Part shown: in pieces, positions 12,208 through 25,428 of the stretch | Position numbering within the stretch: the stretch's first letter is position 1 | Layout: every line of letters starts with the position of its first letter | NCBI GenBank assembly: GCA_003427395.1 | Contig: BFEA01000028.1 | Location: forward strand, 456,291-515,648 | Source of the DNA: Chara braunii | Taxonomy: Eukaryota > Plantae > Charophyceae | Reading direction: 5' to 3' | Length of the DNA stretch: 59,358 nt | Notes under the pieces: model-generated | The model's input: only the letters and a program-made list of their open reading frames with translations | The model's database searches: none | What the model was told of the DNA's origin: nothing | Made by a program: the position numbers and the translations under genes

Positions 12208-13691
12208 ATTTTACTTCTTGTTTTTTAATTTTATTTATTTATTTATTTTCTTTCTGAAATTCGGATTTGATGCTTTCTTGTAGTGCTCACGCGAGTCTCC
12301 GAGTGTTGTATCGATTTGACTTGATGAAATCCGAGATCGTTCCCGTTCTCCTTCGTCGGTACGTTTTCGGTAGGTCCCGTATACCCATTTCAGTTTGGCT
12401 GGTTGCGGGTTCCTTCATTTCAACCTTATATTTGTAGGTTTGGAATTCAGAATTCGCGTTCGGCCTCCGTTTGTTTGTTAGTTATATTTCTCTTGTCCGG
12501 AATTCTGAAATGAATTTATATTTCGACATGTTTCGCACAACTCTTCTGATCTTGCATTTCGTACGCGGATCATTGGCTTTCTGTCTTCTGTGTGTGGTGT
12601 GGTAGTCCAAAAGCGTCCTGTCTATCTTACCGCGGACATCTGTTCGTGTTTTTTCGTTCTTTTATCCAATTTCTTGTTTCGGACTTTTCCAGAAATTTCA
12701 AGAAAAAATTTCGCAATTTTTTGTCCGTACAGTTTCTGATGAAGGCCTGTATTGCCAGTCGACGACAGTCGTGTGGTCTTCCACGGGTATTCCAACAATT
12801 TGAGCTCCGTGCAATATAATTCCAGCACAGTGGGCAAATCGTCCACGTCATATGTATTCGTTACCATTCTGTGGAAAGTGCCGATTATCGTCAATACCTT
12901 CGTGTTCACGGAACCGACACTCCTGAAATGACGGATGGACCGAATAGAGAGAGAGCTTAACAACCCCTCCCGGAGTGTAGCTTCATTCTTGAGTTTATGC
13001 GTACATTTCAGGAGGGGTTCGTGATCCTTCTTCGTGATTTTTGTCTCTAAGTAATTCCATTCTGTACTTTGTATTTCGGCTGTGGACTCTAATTTTAGCG
13101 ATGAATGATAACAGTTTTTAAATGAATTCATACATGCACTTTCAATTTCGACATTGTTACGATTAGGAATTATCACGATCATTACATCATCGACAAATCT
13201 CATGCCATGCACAAGTTTCTGATCCATACCAATTTCTGAGTACCATTTGTATTCGTCATATGCACAAACTAAGTTTGCGATCCCATGGGTACTCCTTTGA
13301 TTCGTCGCAATAACGTACCTTGTGATTTGAAGTATGCATGGTGAATATCAAATACAGGAGATCACCTAAAATTACTATCTCCACTGTTCTCCATCCATGT
13401 GTCCCACTTGTCTTTCCGAAATTCATATATTTCCCTCTTAATTTATAGCATAGATGGGTTTTCCTCCTTTCTTTCGCTAGTTTCAGAATCCAGTGTGTGG
13501 CATTCATGACATGTGCATGATCCAGGTTGGAAAACATATGTTTCACGTCGTACGTTGAACATAATACAGTGGCATTTCCTCCATATGTCTGTACTGCCGT
13601 TTTGTTGCAGTCTTTCAATTTTGAACTGCCGTTTTGTTGCAGTCTTTCACTTTTGAAACTAGCTGATTAGTACCCTGCAGTTCAAACCCTA

Positions 13692-13796
13692 CAGTCTTCC
13701 CCCGAATACAACGCACGGTCATTATAGCTGAATTTAGACTGAAAGATAGACCAAATTCAGCTATAATGACCGTGCGTTGTATTCGGGGGAAGACTG
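13692..13796. mobile_element. Tc1/mariner(pogo)-type MITE, ~40-bp TIRs, TA TSD
   Basis: TA|CAGTCTTCCCCCGAATACAACGCACGGTCATTATAGC...GCTATAATGACCGTGCGTTGTATTCGGGGGAAGACTG|TA. Removal restores the PLE frame MWQIGFELQG. Confidence 0.9.
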
Positions 13797-15179
13797 TATT
13801 TGCCACATACTACACAGGAAGTTTAAGGCTCTCGATAGGATTTTCGAAGCTTGGTGTGAGGGTTNNNNNNNNNNNNNNNNNNNNNNNNNNNNNNNNNNNN
13901 NNNNNNNNNNNNNNNNNNNNNNNNNNNNNNNNNNNNNNNNNNNNNNNNNNNNNNNNNNNNNNNNNNNNNNNNNNNNNNNNNNNNNNNNNNNNNNNNNNNN
14001 NNNNNNNNNNNNNNNNNNNNNNNNNNNNNNNNNNNNNNNNNNNNNNNNNNNNNNNNNNNNNNNNNNNNNNNNNNNNNNNNNNNNNNNNNNNNNNNNNNNN
14101 NNNNNNNNNNNNNNNNNNNNNNNNNNNNNNNNNNNNNNNNNNNNNNNNNNNNNNNNNNNNNNNNNNNNNNNNNNNNNNNNNNNNNNNNNNNNNNNNNNNN
14201 NNNNNNNNNNNNNGTCCCTCTCTTTCCCCTCAGAACTGGAGGCCAGATCTGCCAGATAGTACTATGCTAACTAGAAAGAGTTCATCCTTGGTCCTTACTG
14301 TCCTGGGTCGTCCTCACTCCTCTGCCCTGCCCGTGAGGCGTGATATCCCTTTTCTCTTTTTATTTGTCCCCCTTACTTTAGAGCCTCCCTAAAACCCTGA
14401 TCCTGAATCCTTAACCTGTGAACCCATACTCCGACCTCCCTGACCTGTGTCTACCCCATTCCTCTGGCTCGCCCGTAATGCGTGATGTCTTCTGACCCAT
14501 TTTATCCGTCCTCCCTGTTTTATATCATCGTTAAAACCCTAAAACCTTGAACCCTCGTCCTGTATATTCGTATTCTGACATCCCCTTGGGTTCACTTTTT
14601 CCCTTTGTACTGGATCCTTAGGTGCCATCCATCTGTCTCCGTGCTGCCTGTCCGCGGCTGTAGGTCGCCCTCTGTTGCCTGTTGTTGGCACGCTCTACAT
14701 GAGTTTGACGTGTGCCAGCCTTTCCAATGATTACAGTCAGCTCTTGTTCCGGAGGTGAAGAATCCAAGCACCGTTAACCCTTGTTGGTAGCTCCTCTGTG
14801 GCCCGAGATGAGCCGCTCTTCCCAGCCGAAGTGATCCCCTCGTGTCTCTGCCGTCTTGCTGTTTAGCGAATCAAACCTGTAATCCCTCGGACTCCCTTAC
14901 TCTCCCTGTTCCTCGTTTCTTGTCCGAGCTTGCTGGATCCTTCATCGTCCATAGGGGATCTTGATTTGTATCTACTTCCTGGTTCCCACCCCCACTTACT
15001 CCGGTGAGCTGTACCGTTCCTTGATGTTCAGCTGCAGCGCTTTTATCATATGACCCGTAACTTCGCCTTCCTGCTGAGTCCAAAGAGCATGAGTTTTCCG
15101 CCTTTCGAGCCTGATCTGGGATGTTAGTCAATATGAGAGTTTGGAAGGGTACTCGGGGAAGGGGGTTGAGACGAGAGAA

Positions 15180-15435
15180 TCACAGTGCTCTTCTGTTTTC
15201 CAGTCTTTGCATTCATATAAGGTACGTTCTTTGCATTCCACATGAGTTCATTATGTTCAACCTGAATTAATCGACAAGCAACATGTGATTCTATCTTTGG
15301 AAGCTGACTCGTAGAACAATCACATGTTGTTAGTGTTTCCATTACCTGCCTGTGATTATGTAAGATCTCACCGATTGTCTTTGCTTTTTTGAACATTACC
15401 CTGCAAGGAAGATGAGCAATAGCGAACTTCAGCAA
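15180..15435 (-). mobile_element. Probable upstream ORF fragment of the same PLE (Cys/His-rich region before RT)
   Basis: KTIGEILHNHR..TCDC..LPKIESHVACRL..NAKNVP. Same strand as, and upstream of, the RT. Confidence 0.45.
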
Positions 15436-15589
15436 TCAAACAGCATCATATATACGAGTCCAGATAGTCGTGACCTCGAACCAACAGCAGAATTGCATCA
15501 CGAGATCCACCAAATAAGAACACACCAAGAGTTCATAATTGACAATGCTGAAATAGTCCCATCATCATCAATGAAGAACCAGAGTTGAT

Positions 15590-17240
15590 ATCCTATCTGG
15601 CGCTCGGCGCCCAGACTACATGTGGCAGATCCTATCTAGCCTATACTACGATGCCGAAAGATGACGTCAACAGCATTCCCGAAGTACGAGCATATGGCGA
15701 CCAATGTCGCACGCTTCCAGCACCAGGTATGTCTCGCGCTACACTCACAACCTCGTTCCCCAACTCACAGATGCCACTAGCACCCAAGGACCACCCTGCG
15801 CCTCACCCAGCTTACAGCAGCGCAGCTCGGCTATGGCTGCGTGCTCCTTCCCTGCTCGCCCGTGAGAGCGTAGGCGCCAGCCAGCAAATAGCGCAGCAGC
15901 AGCGCTTGCGCAGCATGCAGCCAGCACCCGAATGCCGATTGAGGAGGCAGACCCTTTGCTATATCGAAGTGGCCTGCCTGCGTCCAGTCCCAGGAAGCTT
16001 CCAGTAGGCCCCGGTAGCCTGAGGCCCAGCACGACGAGAACAGGCCTTGGGCCTGAGGTGGTTGCATGTGCCCAACTGCCTTTGGCCTGTGTTTGGCCCG
16101 GTACCCGTATCCAGCCCAGGGCCTGCTTCACATACATTCACACAGGCGGCCCAGGGCCTGGGTTCACTCAACCAACTGGCGCTGCGCAACTGCCTGAATT
16201 TGAGTGTGAACGATATACAGAAAACCAAGTTGCGAAATCACACAGCTGGCCAAGCAGTCGTGTCAAAGCAGAGAGTACAAAATGCACCGAGAAACCATCC
16301 ATACAGAGCAATACAATGAAGTAATGAGCCAATGTTCAAGCCCGTGGGCCACACCAACACAGTATCGAGAGTCGCTCTTCTCTGTCCGGCGCCCAGCGCC
16401 CAACCTACTCTACCCGACTATCCTACCTACAGCTGGTTCAAGCAACAGGCTAACTTCGACTCTCGAAGACCAATGTACATGACTGTCAACACCATAGCCG
16501 ACCTCTTTTCATGCACCAGGTACGTATCTCGTCACCCTCAGTCAGACCTTGATTACCCCACACTCGCCTCCTTCCCTGAAGACCACCAGATCGCCCGCTG
16601 TACCCCCCTGGCGCCCAGCAGCCCGGCTATGGCTGCCTGCGCCCCGCTGCTCTGCAGTGCCCCAATTCACCTCTATGCGCCCCGTCAGCGCCCTTGGCCG
16701 CAGAGCAGCATCAAGCGATAGCGCAGCAGCACTTCCGCATTGCCTGCACTGGCCAGAATGGCTGGCCCGGGCTGCCTCACTCCTTTTGTGGGAGTGGCAG
16801 CCTCCTGGATGCTGCGTGTGGCCTGGCTGGAAGCTTCCAGTAGCTTCCGGTTGGGCCTCAGACCCTGCGCCCAGGCCCGAGACTACAGTTGAGGGCCTGG
16901 GCCCTTTTCAGTTGGGCACAGCCTGAGTCTCCGGACTTGGGCTGTTTGCTGCATCTGTGCAGGGCTCCCAGGTAGGTGCGTCAGCAGTACTGCTTTTCCA
17001 AAGGCCGATGGCCTGCTTCCCAATGTATTGGCCCTGCTTTGTGTGTATGTGCCCAGGCGCAACTGTCAAGGCCTGGGCCAACTGTACGACGCAGCTTAGT
17101 ATGGCTCACGTGTCTACCCAACGAACTGGCGTGCTGCGAGAGCCTGAACAAAATTTGGCCTTTGGCGAATATTCAGGCCCACCTTCACTTAGGGCGGGCA
17201 CTCGGCTTGCTGGGGCCTTAGCCCAGAACATGTGATGTCT
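15590..17240. repeat. Two diverged ~750-bp GC-rich direct repeats of unknown origin
   Basis: Shared blocks (caccaggta.gt, cggctatggctgc, ggaagcttccagtag, aactggcg.tgc) at ~15.6-16.2 kb and ~16.4-17.2 kb. Confidence 0.55.
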
Positions 17241-17651
17241 GTTAGGGCCCCTTGAGGGCTCGTTCCTCACAGATACAACAGGTTAGCAATAATGCAGACA
17301 AAGGTGCCGAATGAGCCTATCTCACGTGTGAATAGACAAAATCAGAGAGAAAATCCCCGGATAACAATCTCCATATCGAACCAAGGGGAACATGAAATAC
17401 GCGGGCAATGCAAGGATAGCATAATAAGCTGAATCTCCAACGCGAAAGATACATACGCCAAACCAAAAAATTGGTCCTGAATATCAATTCACCGAAGTAG
17501 CAGAACCTGCTGCAATATCGCCATAGTCCATGCCCACTGTTAGTAAGACAGTGAAAAAATGGTAGCAACATGAAAGGGCTGTACCTGAAGTCTGTGCCGA
17601 TCTTCACGGGTGCTTCCCGCAAGTTCAAAGCACCATGCCTTGAGATACACA

Positions 17652-18963
17652 CTTGCAATATTGGACAACACGTGCGAGGCTTTACTTTCACAGAATACAC
17701 GTCCTGTCCATGGCATGCGACAAACAGTCGCGACTACCCTTCTACCTCTCTGCTCAGGTCATCCTTTCAGCCATTATCATCAGTATATATACCCTTTGGT
17801 CCAAGTACTTCCCGTCCATCTGAACCCTAGTCCCTGCAGTCTCCTATCATCATCGTGTCATCGACGTGCTTGAAGAATTCCACCGTCCAGATGTTCACTT
17901 GGTCGCAATATGTCGAAATATCCTTTCTCCGAAGGACTTTGAAGAATTATCCCGTTTCCCTTCGAAGAATTTGTGATGCTGTTGCTTGATTTTCTTTTGG
18001 TCCTGATGTTGTCGTGGTCGCATTTATGTAGAAATATTAGTCCTCACTGAAATCTTGTCTGTATCTTCATATCCTGTGAAGTGTTCCGGTTCTTGAGTCT
18101 CGGCACTCGATGCGTTCATTCCCAATATTTATTTTATTTTACTTTACTTTATTTTATTTTATTTTATTTTATTTTATTTTATTTTATTTTATTTTATTTT
18201 ATTTTATTTTATTTTATTTTGTTTTATGTTATTTTATTTATTATTTTTTGTTTTGTTTATTTATTTTCTTTCTTTCTGAAATTCGGACTTAATGCTTTTT
18301 TGTAGTGCTCACGCGAGTCTCCGGGTGTTGTATCGATGTAACTAATGAAATCCGAGATCGTTCCTGTTCTCCTTCGTTGGTACGTTTTCGGTAGGTCCCA
18401 TATTTCCTTTTCAATTTGGCTGTTCGAGGGCTCCTTCATTTCAACCTTAGATTTGTAGCTTCGGAATTCAGAATTTGCGTTCAGCCTCCGTTTGTATGTT
18501 CGTTATATTCCCTTTGTCCGGAATTCTGAAATGAATTTATATTTCGACATGTTTCGCACAACTCTTCTGATCTTGCATTTCGTATGCGGATAATTGGCTT
18601 TGTCTTCTGTGTGTGGTGTGGTAGTCCGGGAGCATCGTGTTTATCTTACCGCGGACATCTGTTCCTGTTTTTTTGTTCTGTTATCCAATTTCTTGTGTCG
18701 TACGTTTCCAGAAAGTTCAAGAAAATATTTCGCATTTTTTTGTCCGTGCAGTTTCTGATGATTGCCAGTCGTGTGGTCTTCCGTGGGTATTCCAACAATT
18801 TGAGCTCCGTGCAATATAATTCCAGCACAGTGGGCAAATTGTTTGCGTCACATGTATTCGTTACCATTCTGTGGAAACTTGGAAAGTGCCGATTATCGTC
18901 AATACCTTCGTGTTCACGGAACCGACGCTCCTGAAATGACGGATAGACCGAATAGAGATAGAC

Positions 18964-18966
<3 letters not shown>
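17652..18966 (-). mobile_element. Second copy of the PLE 3' region
   Basis: High similarity to 11687-12950. It retains a ~250-bp block deleted in copy 1 and has an expanded (TTTTA)n where copy 1 carries the MITE. Confidence 0.9.
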
Positions 18967-19049
<83 letters not shown>

Positions 19050-20242
19050 NNNNNNNNNNNNNNNNNNNNNNNNNNNNNNNNNNNNNNNNNNNNNNNNNNN
19101 NNNNNNNNNNNNNNNNNNNNNNNNNNNNNNNNNNNNNNNNNNNNNNNNNNNNNNNNNNNNNNNNNNNNNNNNNNNNNNNNNNNNGGGAGAGAGAGAGAGA
19201 GAGAGAGAGAGAAGGGGGGGCACGTGCTACTTCGTTTCTTCTTTGCCTTTTGCCTTCCAGGAAATGTTGCAAGATGAACGCCCGGCATTATGGCTCCCGT
19301 GTCAACGCTACTCCCGACAAGTCCCCCACGCGAAGAGTAACTGCCAAACAGATTGATTGCTGATTGTTTCATTCATACAATGCAGAACCTGCTTCACATC
19401 AGTGATCCTATAGTTGGAGGCGACTTCCAACAACTTCTCCGGGCCAATCATCAATGACATCATCGGAGCCCACCAAACTGAGACTCACCCACACGCGCAT
19501 GCACTTGCGCACATAGAGTAGAAACTCGGCAAGTAAGCACGGGGCATGCATGCAAGATCGCTTTATCACAAACATATTCAGAGAACACAGCAAACAAAAG
19601 TCCGAATCTGAATCTTTAGCAAAAACATCAACGGGACAACGGACAGGATTTTCTCAGAAAAGTTCACAGTTCTTGCACAGCACAAAAAAAAAAACGATGC
19701 TGCAAAGGTAGCGGCTTCCCAAACTAAACACTCGCAGATAAAGGGAAAAAAAAGGTTCGGTGGTATTTCCTCCTATTTTCTTGCACGCGGATTTCTGTCT
19801 GCTCTCAGGCTCTTCTTTTTGTTATTGTGAAAGAAGTGGCATATGATAGGGCAGTTCCTTATGCTTTTTCTTTCTTTTGTGCTTTTTAGTTTTCTGTTTT
19901 TGCGTGCGAAGCCGCAACGTGTCATCTTGTACAACATACCTCACCCTCCTTGCACTTGGTAATACCTCAACGGCCTCATCCTCCTTCACCACCGCGTGAC
20001 CCAAACGCATCTCCCTCCTTGCCATCTCTACAGCGAAGACATTTCAGCGCGCGGTCTCTTTCCTCCAAGCGCAGGATACCCGCAAACATCGGTGATGATG
20101 CCGCTGCCACCGCCCGCCGCCGTCCAGGACATCAAGCGTGAAATACAAACAATGCTTCGACAACAACTCAAGGACTCTTCTTTGCCGCTTTCCTCATGTA
20201 CATATATTTTCCCCTCTTTGTGATTGTTCGAGCGAGCGAGCG

Positions 20243-20315
<73 letters not shown>

Positions 20316-20348
20316 ATTTGTACATATCTTTTCCCCTCTTTGTGATTG

Positions 20349-20449
<101 letters not shown>

Positions 20450-20699
20450 ATTTGGACATGGAAACATCCCTTACATAGTCCCACATTGTTCTCAAGCCTT
20501 CATCGTTTCTGGAGCTCCTTGTCTGCTCTTTGACAGTGCAAACATATCGCAATTTGAAATATCGCCATGTCCCTGTCAGTCCCATTGGCCTCTGCTCGCC
20601 TGTTCCTCCCGCTGCCGCGGACGGAGCCGAGGCAGGTGCACTTGTAGATATAAAAGTCAAAAGTAGGCAAAAATAAGACAGGGAATAGCCCGATCATAG

Positions 20700-20970
20700 T
20701 CAGAGTCTGCAGAAGTCAGATTTGGCTAATTGTGAGTTCCTTGCACATTCGGTCAACGATACCAGGCGTCCTCTAACCATTATTGGTGATAGGGATGCTA
20801 GATTTAAATCGGAACATGGCAGCAGTTAATGAAGGTGTAGTATGGATCTTAGGTAGTTGACGATGTCATCAGGTAGGCACCCAGAAACCACTGTTCAAAT
20901 TAAGCAAACGCACAACTGTTGCAGCAGACTCTCATCTTTTCTATTAGACCCGATCAGATAGACTGGGGTG
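20700..20970 (+). mobile_element. Ty3/gypsy integrase core fragment
   Basis: PLTIIGDRDARFKSE.WQQLMK..YGS..MSSGRHPET..IRPDQIDW across frameshifts. Confidence 0.75.
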
Positions 20971-21880
20971 GGATTAACACTTTGTTAAACCACCAGTACA
21001 TATGGAGAATCACGAATGCGCCTCTCCAAACAGTTCAGGGACTCGGGACAGGGCCTGCGGGCAGACAGGCGGATGTTTTTTTTTTTTTTTTGGTTAGCGC
21101 TATGCTGGGTCCCATCCCAAGGCATGGGACAATTCTTTTTTTGCGGACCCACCCTTCGGGGGCCCTATCCCTAGCCTCCGAAATTTTAGGAGAAGCTAAA
21201 TTGCAATTCTCAACTTGGCTGGGCCGCTGGGGCCACGTACCTACAGGCGGGCCCTCTCCAGAGGCCCAACTTTAAGGTAGCCAGTGGGTATGATTCAAAC
21301 CACCTGCAGTGTGATGTGTTTATTCTCTTCTTGTCCAGTCTAACGTTGTTGGTTTCTCTGCTGCAGTGTGATGTGGGTTTTCCTCGTCTTCTCCACTCTG
21401 ACGTGGTTGGTTTCTGTGTTCTTATGATGCCATGTTGGCTTGTCTGACAGGTCCCACCCGGCATCGAGAGGGAGCGTGGGGCTTTGGGAGGGGGGGGGGG
21501 GGGTTGATAACACCTGGCCCTTAGTTTTGTTTGGGGGGGCCCGGCAATGAGAGGGGGGGGGGGGCTTTGGGGGGGGGGGGGGTGATAACATCTTGCCACG
21601 TACTTTGTTTTGGGCAAGATGGCGTTTCAATCAGCGAGGAACAGAGAAGGTTCATGAGATGGCGGAGTTTAACTAACCGCGGTCCCCACAGAGCAGTTGT
21701 GTCTGACATCATCTGTCTCTCTTATCACCTGCACGTGTTGTCAGATGTAGCGGGGAAGGGGTTCTGCAGCGCATCCGGGTCTTTGTTGTGCTGCTGCTGG
21801 TGCTCTATCCTCGTGATCAGAGCAAGACAAAGGGCTCTAAGGTGGCGCATCGAAGGAGGTCAAGCGGCTTGCCTGCTGAC

Positions 21881-22678
21881 ATGGCATTCTGCTTGTCGGG
21901 ACCCGGATCGGATGTCGGGATGGGAGCCGGCAGACCCCTAGGGGCTCAGGCAGGGCAAGAGTCGGTTCCCGGTAGCATTCCCGGAGTCAAGCGGGTTGCC
22001 TCCGCGCAAAGATTGGAAGTCGGGGTTGGGAACGGCGGGTCGGCCGCTTTTTCTTCTCGCGGTGCGTTTATTTTGCTCGAAGGTCTGGACAGGAGCGGGA
22101 AGACGTCGCAATGTGAGCGATTGCTGGCATTCCTCACAGACCGCCAGATCCCGGCCGAGATATGGCGGTATCCCGACCGTCGGACGACCGTGGGCAAGAT
22201 GATCTCATCCTATCTGAGCAAGAAGAGCGAGCTCGATGATGCGACGATACACTTACTGTTTGCTGCCAATCGGTGGGAGAAGAGAGAGGAGATGGAGGCG
22301 AGATTGCGGAGCGGCTGCACATTGATCGTCGACAGGTATTCGTTCTCGGGGATAGCCTTTTCTGCGGCCAAGGGTCTGGATCTGGACTGGTGCAAGGCGC
22401 CGGAGGTGGGACTAATTGCCCCCGACGCAATCTTCTATCTGCAGATTCCGCCAGAGATAGCGGCAGGAAGAGGGCAGTACGGAGAAGAGAGGTATGAGAG
22501 GTTGTCTTTCCAGAAGCTCGTGGCCAAGCAGTTTGAAAACCTGATGAATGATGATGGCAGGTGGCATGTCATCGATGCGCAGAAGGGGATTGACGAGATT
22601 CAGAGACATATCCAGGAACTTTCCTTGCCGGTCATTGAGAGATGTCATCAAGGAGCCCCTCTCCTGGATATGCGGTAA
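21881..22678 (+). CDS. TMK: Thymidylate (dTMP) kinase, eukaryotic type, intronless
   Basis: P-loop GAFILLEGLDRSGKTSQ, RYPDR.T..GKMISSYL, HLLFAANRWE, LIVDRYSFSG.AFSAAKG, GLIAPD, ERYE...FQ and WHVIDA. Uninterrupted frame with first ATG at 21881 (frame open from 21788). True start uncertain. Confidence 0.93.
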   Translation: MAFCLSGPGSDVGMGAGRPLGAQAGQESVPGSIPGVKRVASAQRLEVGVGNGGSAAFSSRGAFILLEGLDRSGKTSQCERLLAFLTDRQIPAEIWRYPDRRTTVGKMISSYLSKKSELDDATIHLLFAANRWEKREEMEARLRSGCTLIVDRYSFSGIAFSAAKGLDLDWCKAPEVGLIAPDAIFYLQIPPEIAAGRGQYGEERYERLSFQKLVAKQFENLMNDDGRWHVIDAQKGIDEIQRHIQELSLPVIERCHQGAPLLDMR

Positions 22679-23509
22679 ACAGACTACCGGTAGGCCAATC
22701 GCCATCCATGGCCGTCACGAAGTGCCAGGTTGATCCCACCGTCCCACCGCTCAGTACGAGATTAGTCACGCTGTGCAGTGCTAAGTACCAGGTTGGTCCC
22801 ACGTCTCCCTCACCAAGTTTGTTCCACGGCCTGCCGCTGTGGGCCTGTGTCTGCAACGCTTCCTGCCTGGCGATGACAAGGATATTCGTCCGGTCGCGTC
22901 GAGGTGCCCAAGCCCCCCCAAGTCCCAGGCCTCAAGCTGCGTCTAGCCTCAAGCCGCCCGGAGCCCTGGGCATCAGTACCATCATGGTGCCACCTAGCTG
23001 TGGGGCCAAGGACCCACTGGCAGTCCCAGTGTGCAGCCAAGGGGGACCAACTGGTAATTCCAGGGATTTGGTGTCAAGGAGGGACCGGTAGTCCCAGGGA
23101 TCTGATGGCCAAGGACCTCTACCTGGAGTCCCAGGGATCTTTTTCCAAGGACCTACCGGCAGTCCCAAGGGCCTGGTTCGGCCCCTAGGTCCTAGGCCCG
23201 GACCTAGCGTAATGGAATTGGTGGTTCCACAGGGACCTGATGGTGCGGACCGAGTCCCAAGGCCCTGGTGCGCAGGGCCTGGTCACACTGCCCCTGCTGG
23301 GATCCTCTAGTTTAAGTTATGGACATTCATTTTCTGTTCAGTAATGTCCGGAGGTGGGGGTTAGACTGGGGGGCACAGTACTTGTTTGCGTCAATGTTAT
23401 AGGCACGGACAGGAAGGTTACGTGTTGAGACGGCTTCGATCCTTCCTGGGGGTGAGTTGTGCGCACCGTACATGTATATCTGTCCTTGTTTGATTCAGAG
23501 GGATACAAG

Positions 23510-23564
<55 letters not shown>

Positions 23565-23620
23565 GGGACAAAATTGGAAAGACAAGGGATAGCGTTAAAA
23601 TTCTCATAATTTCAATCAAT

Positions 23621-23815
23621 AATTTCATCAATAATGGCTCCACAGGCAAGAAGAGGCCTGAAGAAGAAGAGGAAGGAGGGGGGGGAGTAGCAGTACTACG
23701 AGGAGGGGGATTTTGAAGGGGCTATGTGAGGTGTGTGCGTACGCGCATCACAACTCTCTTAATTTCATCAATAATGGCTCCACAGGCAGGAAGAGGCCTG
23801 AAGAAGAAGAAGAGT
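23621..23815. repeat. ~50-bp direct repeat followed by GAA/GCA/GAG triplet runs
   Basis: aatttcatcaataatggctccacaggca.gaagaggcctgaagaagaaga at 23621 and 23761. Confidence 0.8.
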
Positions 23816-24312
23816 GGCAAGCAGCAGCAGCAGCAGCAGCAGAAGAAGAAGAAGATGGAGAAGAAAAAGAAGAAGAGGAAGGAGAAGAACAAGTGGAGGA
23901 GGGGGAGGAGGAGGAGGACGGTTTTGGGGGTATGAATGTGGGGGGGCCTGCTTTTTCTTTTGTATGTGTGTGTGCTCTCATTTTTCAAATGGAGAAGCCC
24001 CATTTCTGTGATGAGTGTAGATTCGTGGTTGTTGTTTTGCAGAATCTGCCCTTGCTCGGTATAACAGACGATAGCGTTATGCTTACTTGCAATACTACCA
24101 AGTCCGATGGGAGGCTGGGAAAAGAAGCAGAACAAACTTCTCACTTCCTGTCCTCGTCCGCTCATTCACATTGGCCATTAAAATCTTTCAAGCACTTAAA
24201 GTACTCGTTGTCAGTTGTCCCATGCCGTGCTCATCCGAGGCCTCAGCGTGCTCTTCGTACTGTTCTCGTGCTTTTGCTTATCTAGGTCCTCAGCATGCTC
24301 TTTGCGGTGTTC

Positions 24313-24383
<71 letters not shown>

Positions 24384-25212
24384 NNNNNNNNNNNNNNNNN
24401 NNNNNNNNNNNNNNNNNNNNNNNNNNNNNNNNNNNNNNNNNNNNNNNNNNNNNNNNNNNNNNNNNNNNNNNNNNNNNNNNNNNNNNNNNNNNNNNNNNNN
24501 NNNNNNNNNNNNNNNNNNNNNNNNNNNNNNNNNNNNNNNNNNNNNNNNNNNNNNNNNNNNNNNNNNNNNNNNNNNNNNNNNNNNNNNNNNNNNNNNNNNN
24601 NNNNNNNNNNNNNNNNNNNNNNNNNNNNNNNNNNNNNNNNNNNNNNNNNNNNNNNNNNNNNNNNNNNNNNNNNNNNNNNNNNNNNNNNNNNNNNNNNNNN
24701 NNNNNNNNNNNNNNNNNNNNNNNNNNNNNNNNNNNNNNNNNNNNNNNNNNNNNNNNNNNNNNNNNNNNNNNNNNNNNNNNNNNNNNNNNNNNNNNNNNNN
24801 NNNNNNNNNNNNNNNNNNNNNNNNNNNNNNNNNNNNNNNNNNNNNNNNNNNNNNNNNNNNNNNNNNNNNNNNNNNNNNNNNNNNNNNNNNNNNNNNNNNN
24901 NNNNNNNNNNNNNNNNNNNNNNNNNNNNNNNNNNNNNNNNNNNNNNNNNNNNNNNNNNNNNNNNNNNNNNNNNNNNNNNNNNNNNNNNNNNNNNNNNNNN
25001 NNNNNNNNNNNNNNNNNNNNNNNNNNNNNNNNNNNNNNNNNNNNNNNNNNNNNNNNNNNNNNNNNNNNNNNNNNNNNNNNNNNNNNNNNAAAAAAAAAAA
25101 AAAAAAAAAAAACCCATGACAAATCCCACCACAAGTTCCGCATCGGAAACGAACTGTGCATAGTACACTGCATACGCATTCTGCACTTATGCACGTTTTG
25201 TTTTGTTTTTCT

Positions 25213-25391
25213 CTAGGCTACCAGAGTGGCCCGGGGTCACTTGCCCGGCCGGGCCAAAAACAATTAAAAAAATAAAAATAAAAAAATATTTTTAAATTTT
25301 ATTTTTTTTTCTAAATTTGGTGCTGAATTTCGATGTGACCCTGAGGCAAAAGTTGTTCAGTTTATTTTTCTGCATAACATAGTTTTTTTTC

Positions 25392-25428
<37 letters not shown>

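Larger units (their letters stand above)
11687..13864 (-). mobile_element. Penelope-like retroelement (PLE): RT core, thumb and 3' region, degraded
   Basis: PSHQASKILSRALNFL, TYDVKHMFSNL, LRRIKGVPMGS, GMRFVDD, YLETKI and a thumb (IGTFHRM..ELKLLEYP). No GIY-YIG follows the RT. Confidence 0.85.

Noticed and set aside
17765-17785. Hammerhead ribozyme core (CTGATGA..GAAA on the minus strand) in the PLE 3' region
   Set aside because: Stems I and II cannot be paired and no valid NUH cleavage triplet was found by eye.
22690-23310. Collagen-like or coding GGNCC-rich tract downstream of TMK
   Set aside because: No sustained Gly-X-Y frame; more likely a degenerate repeat or UTR.
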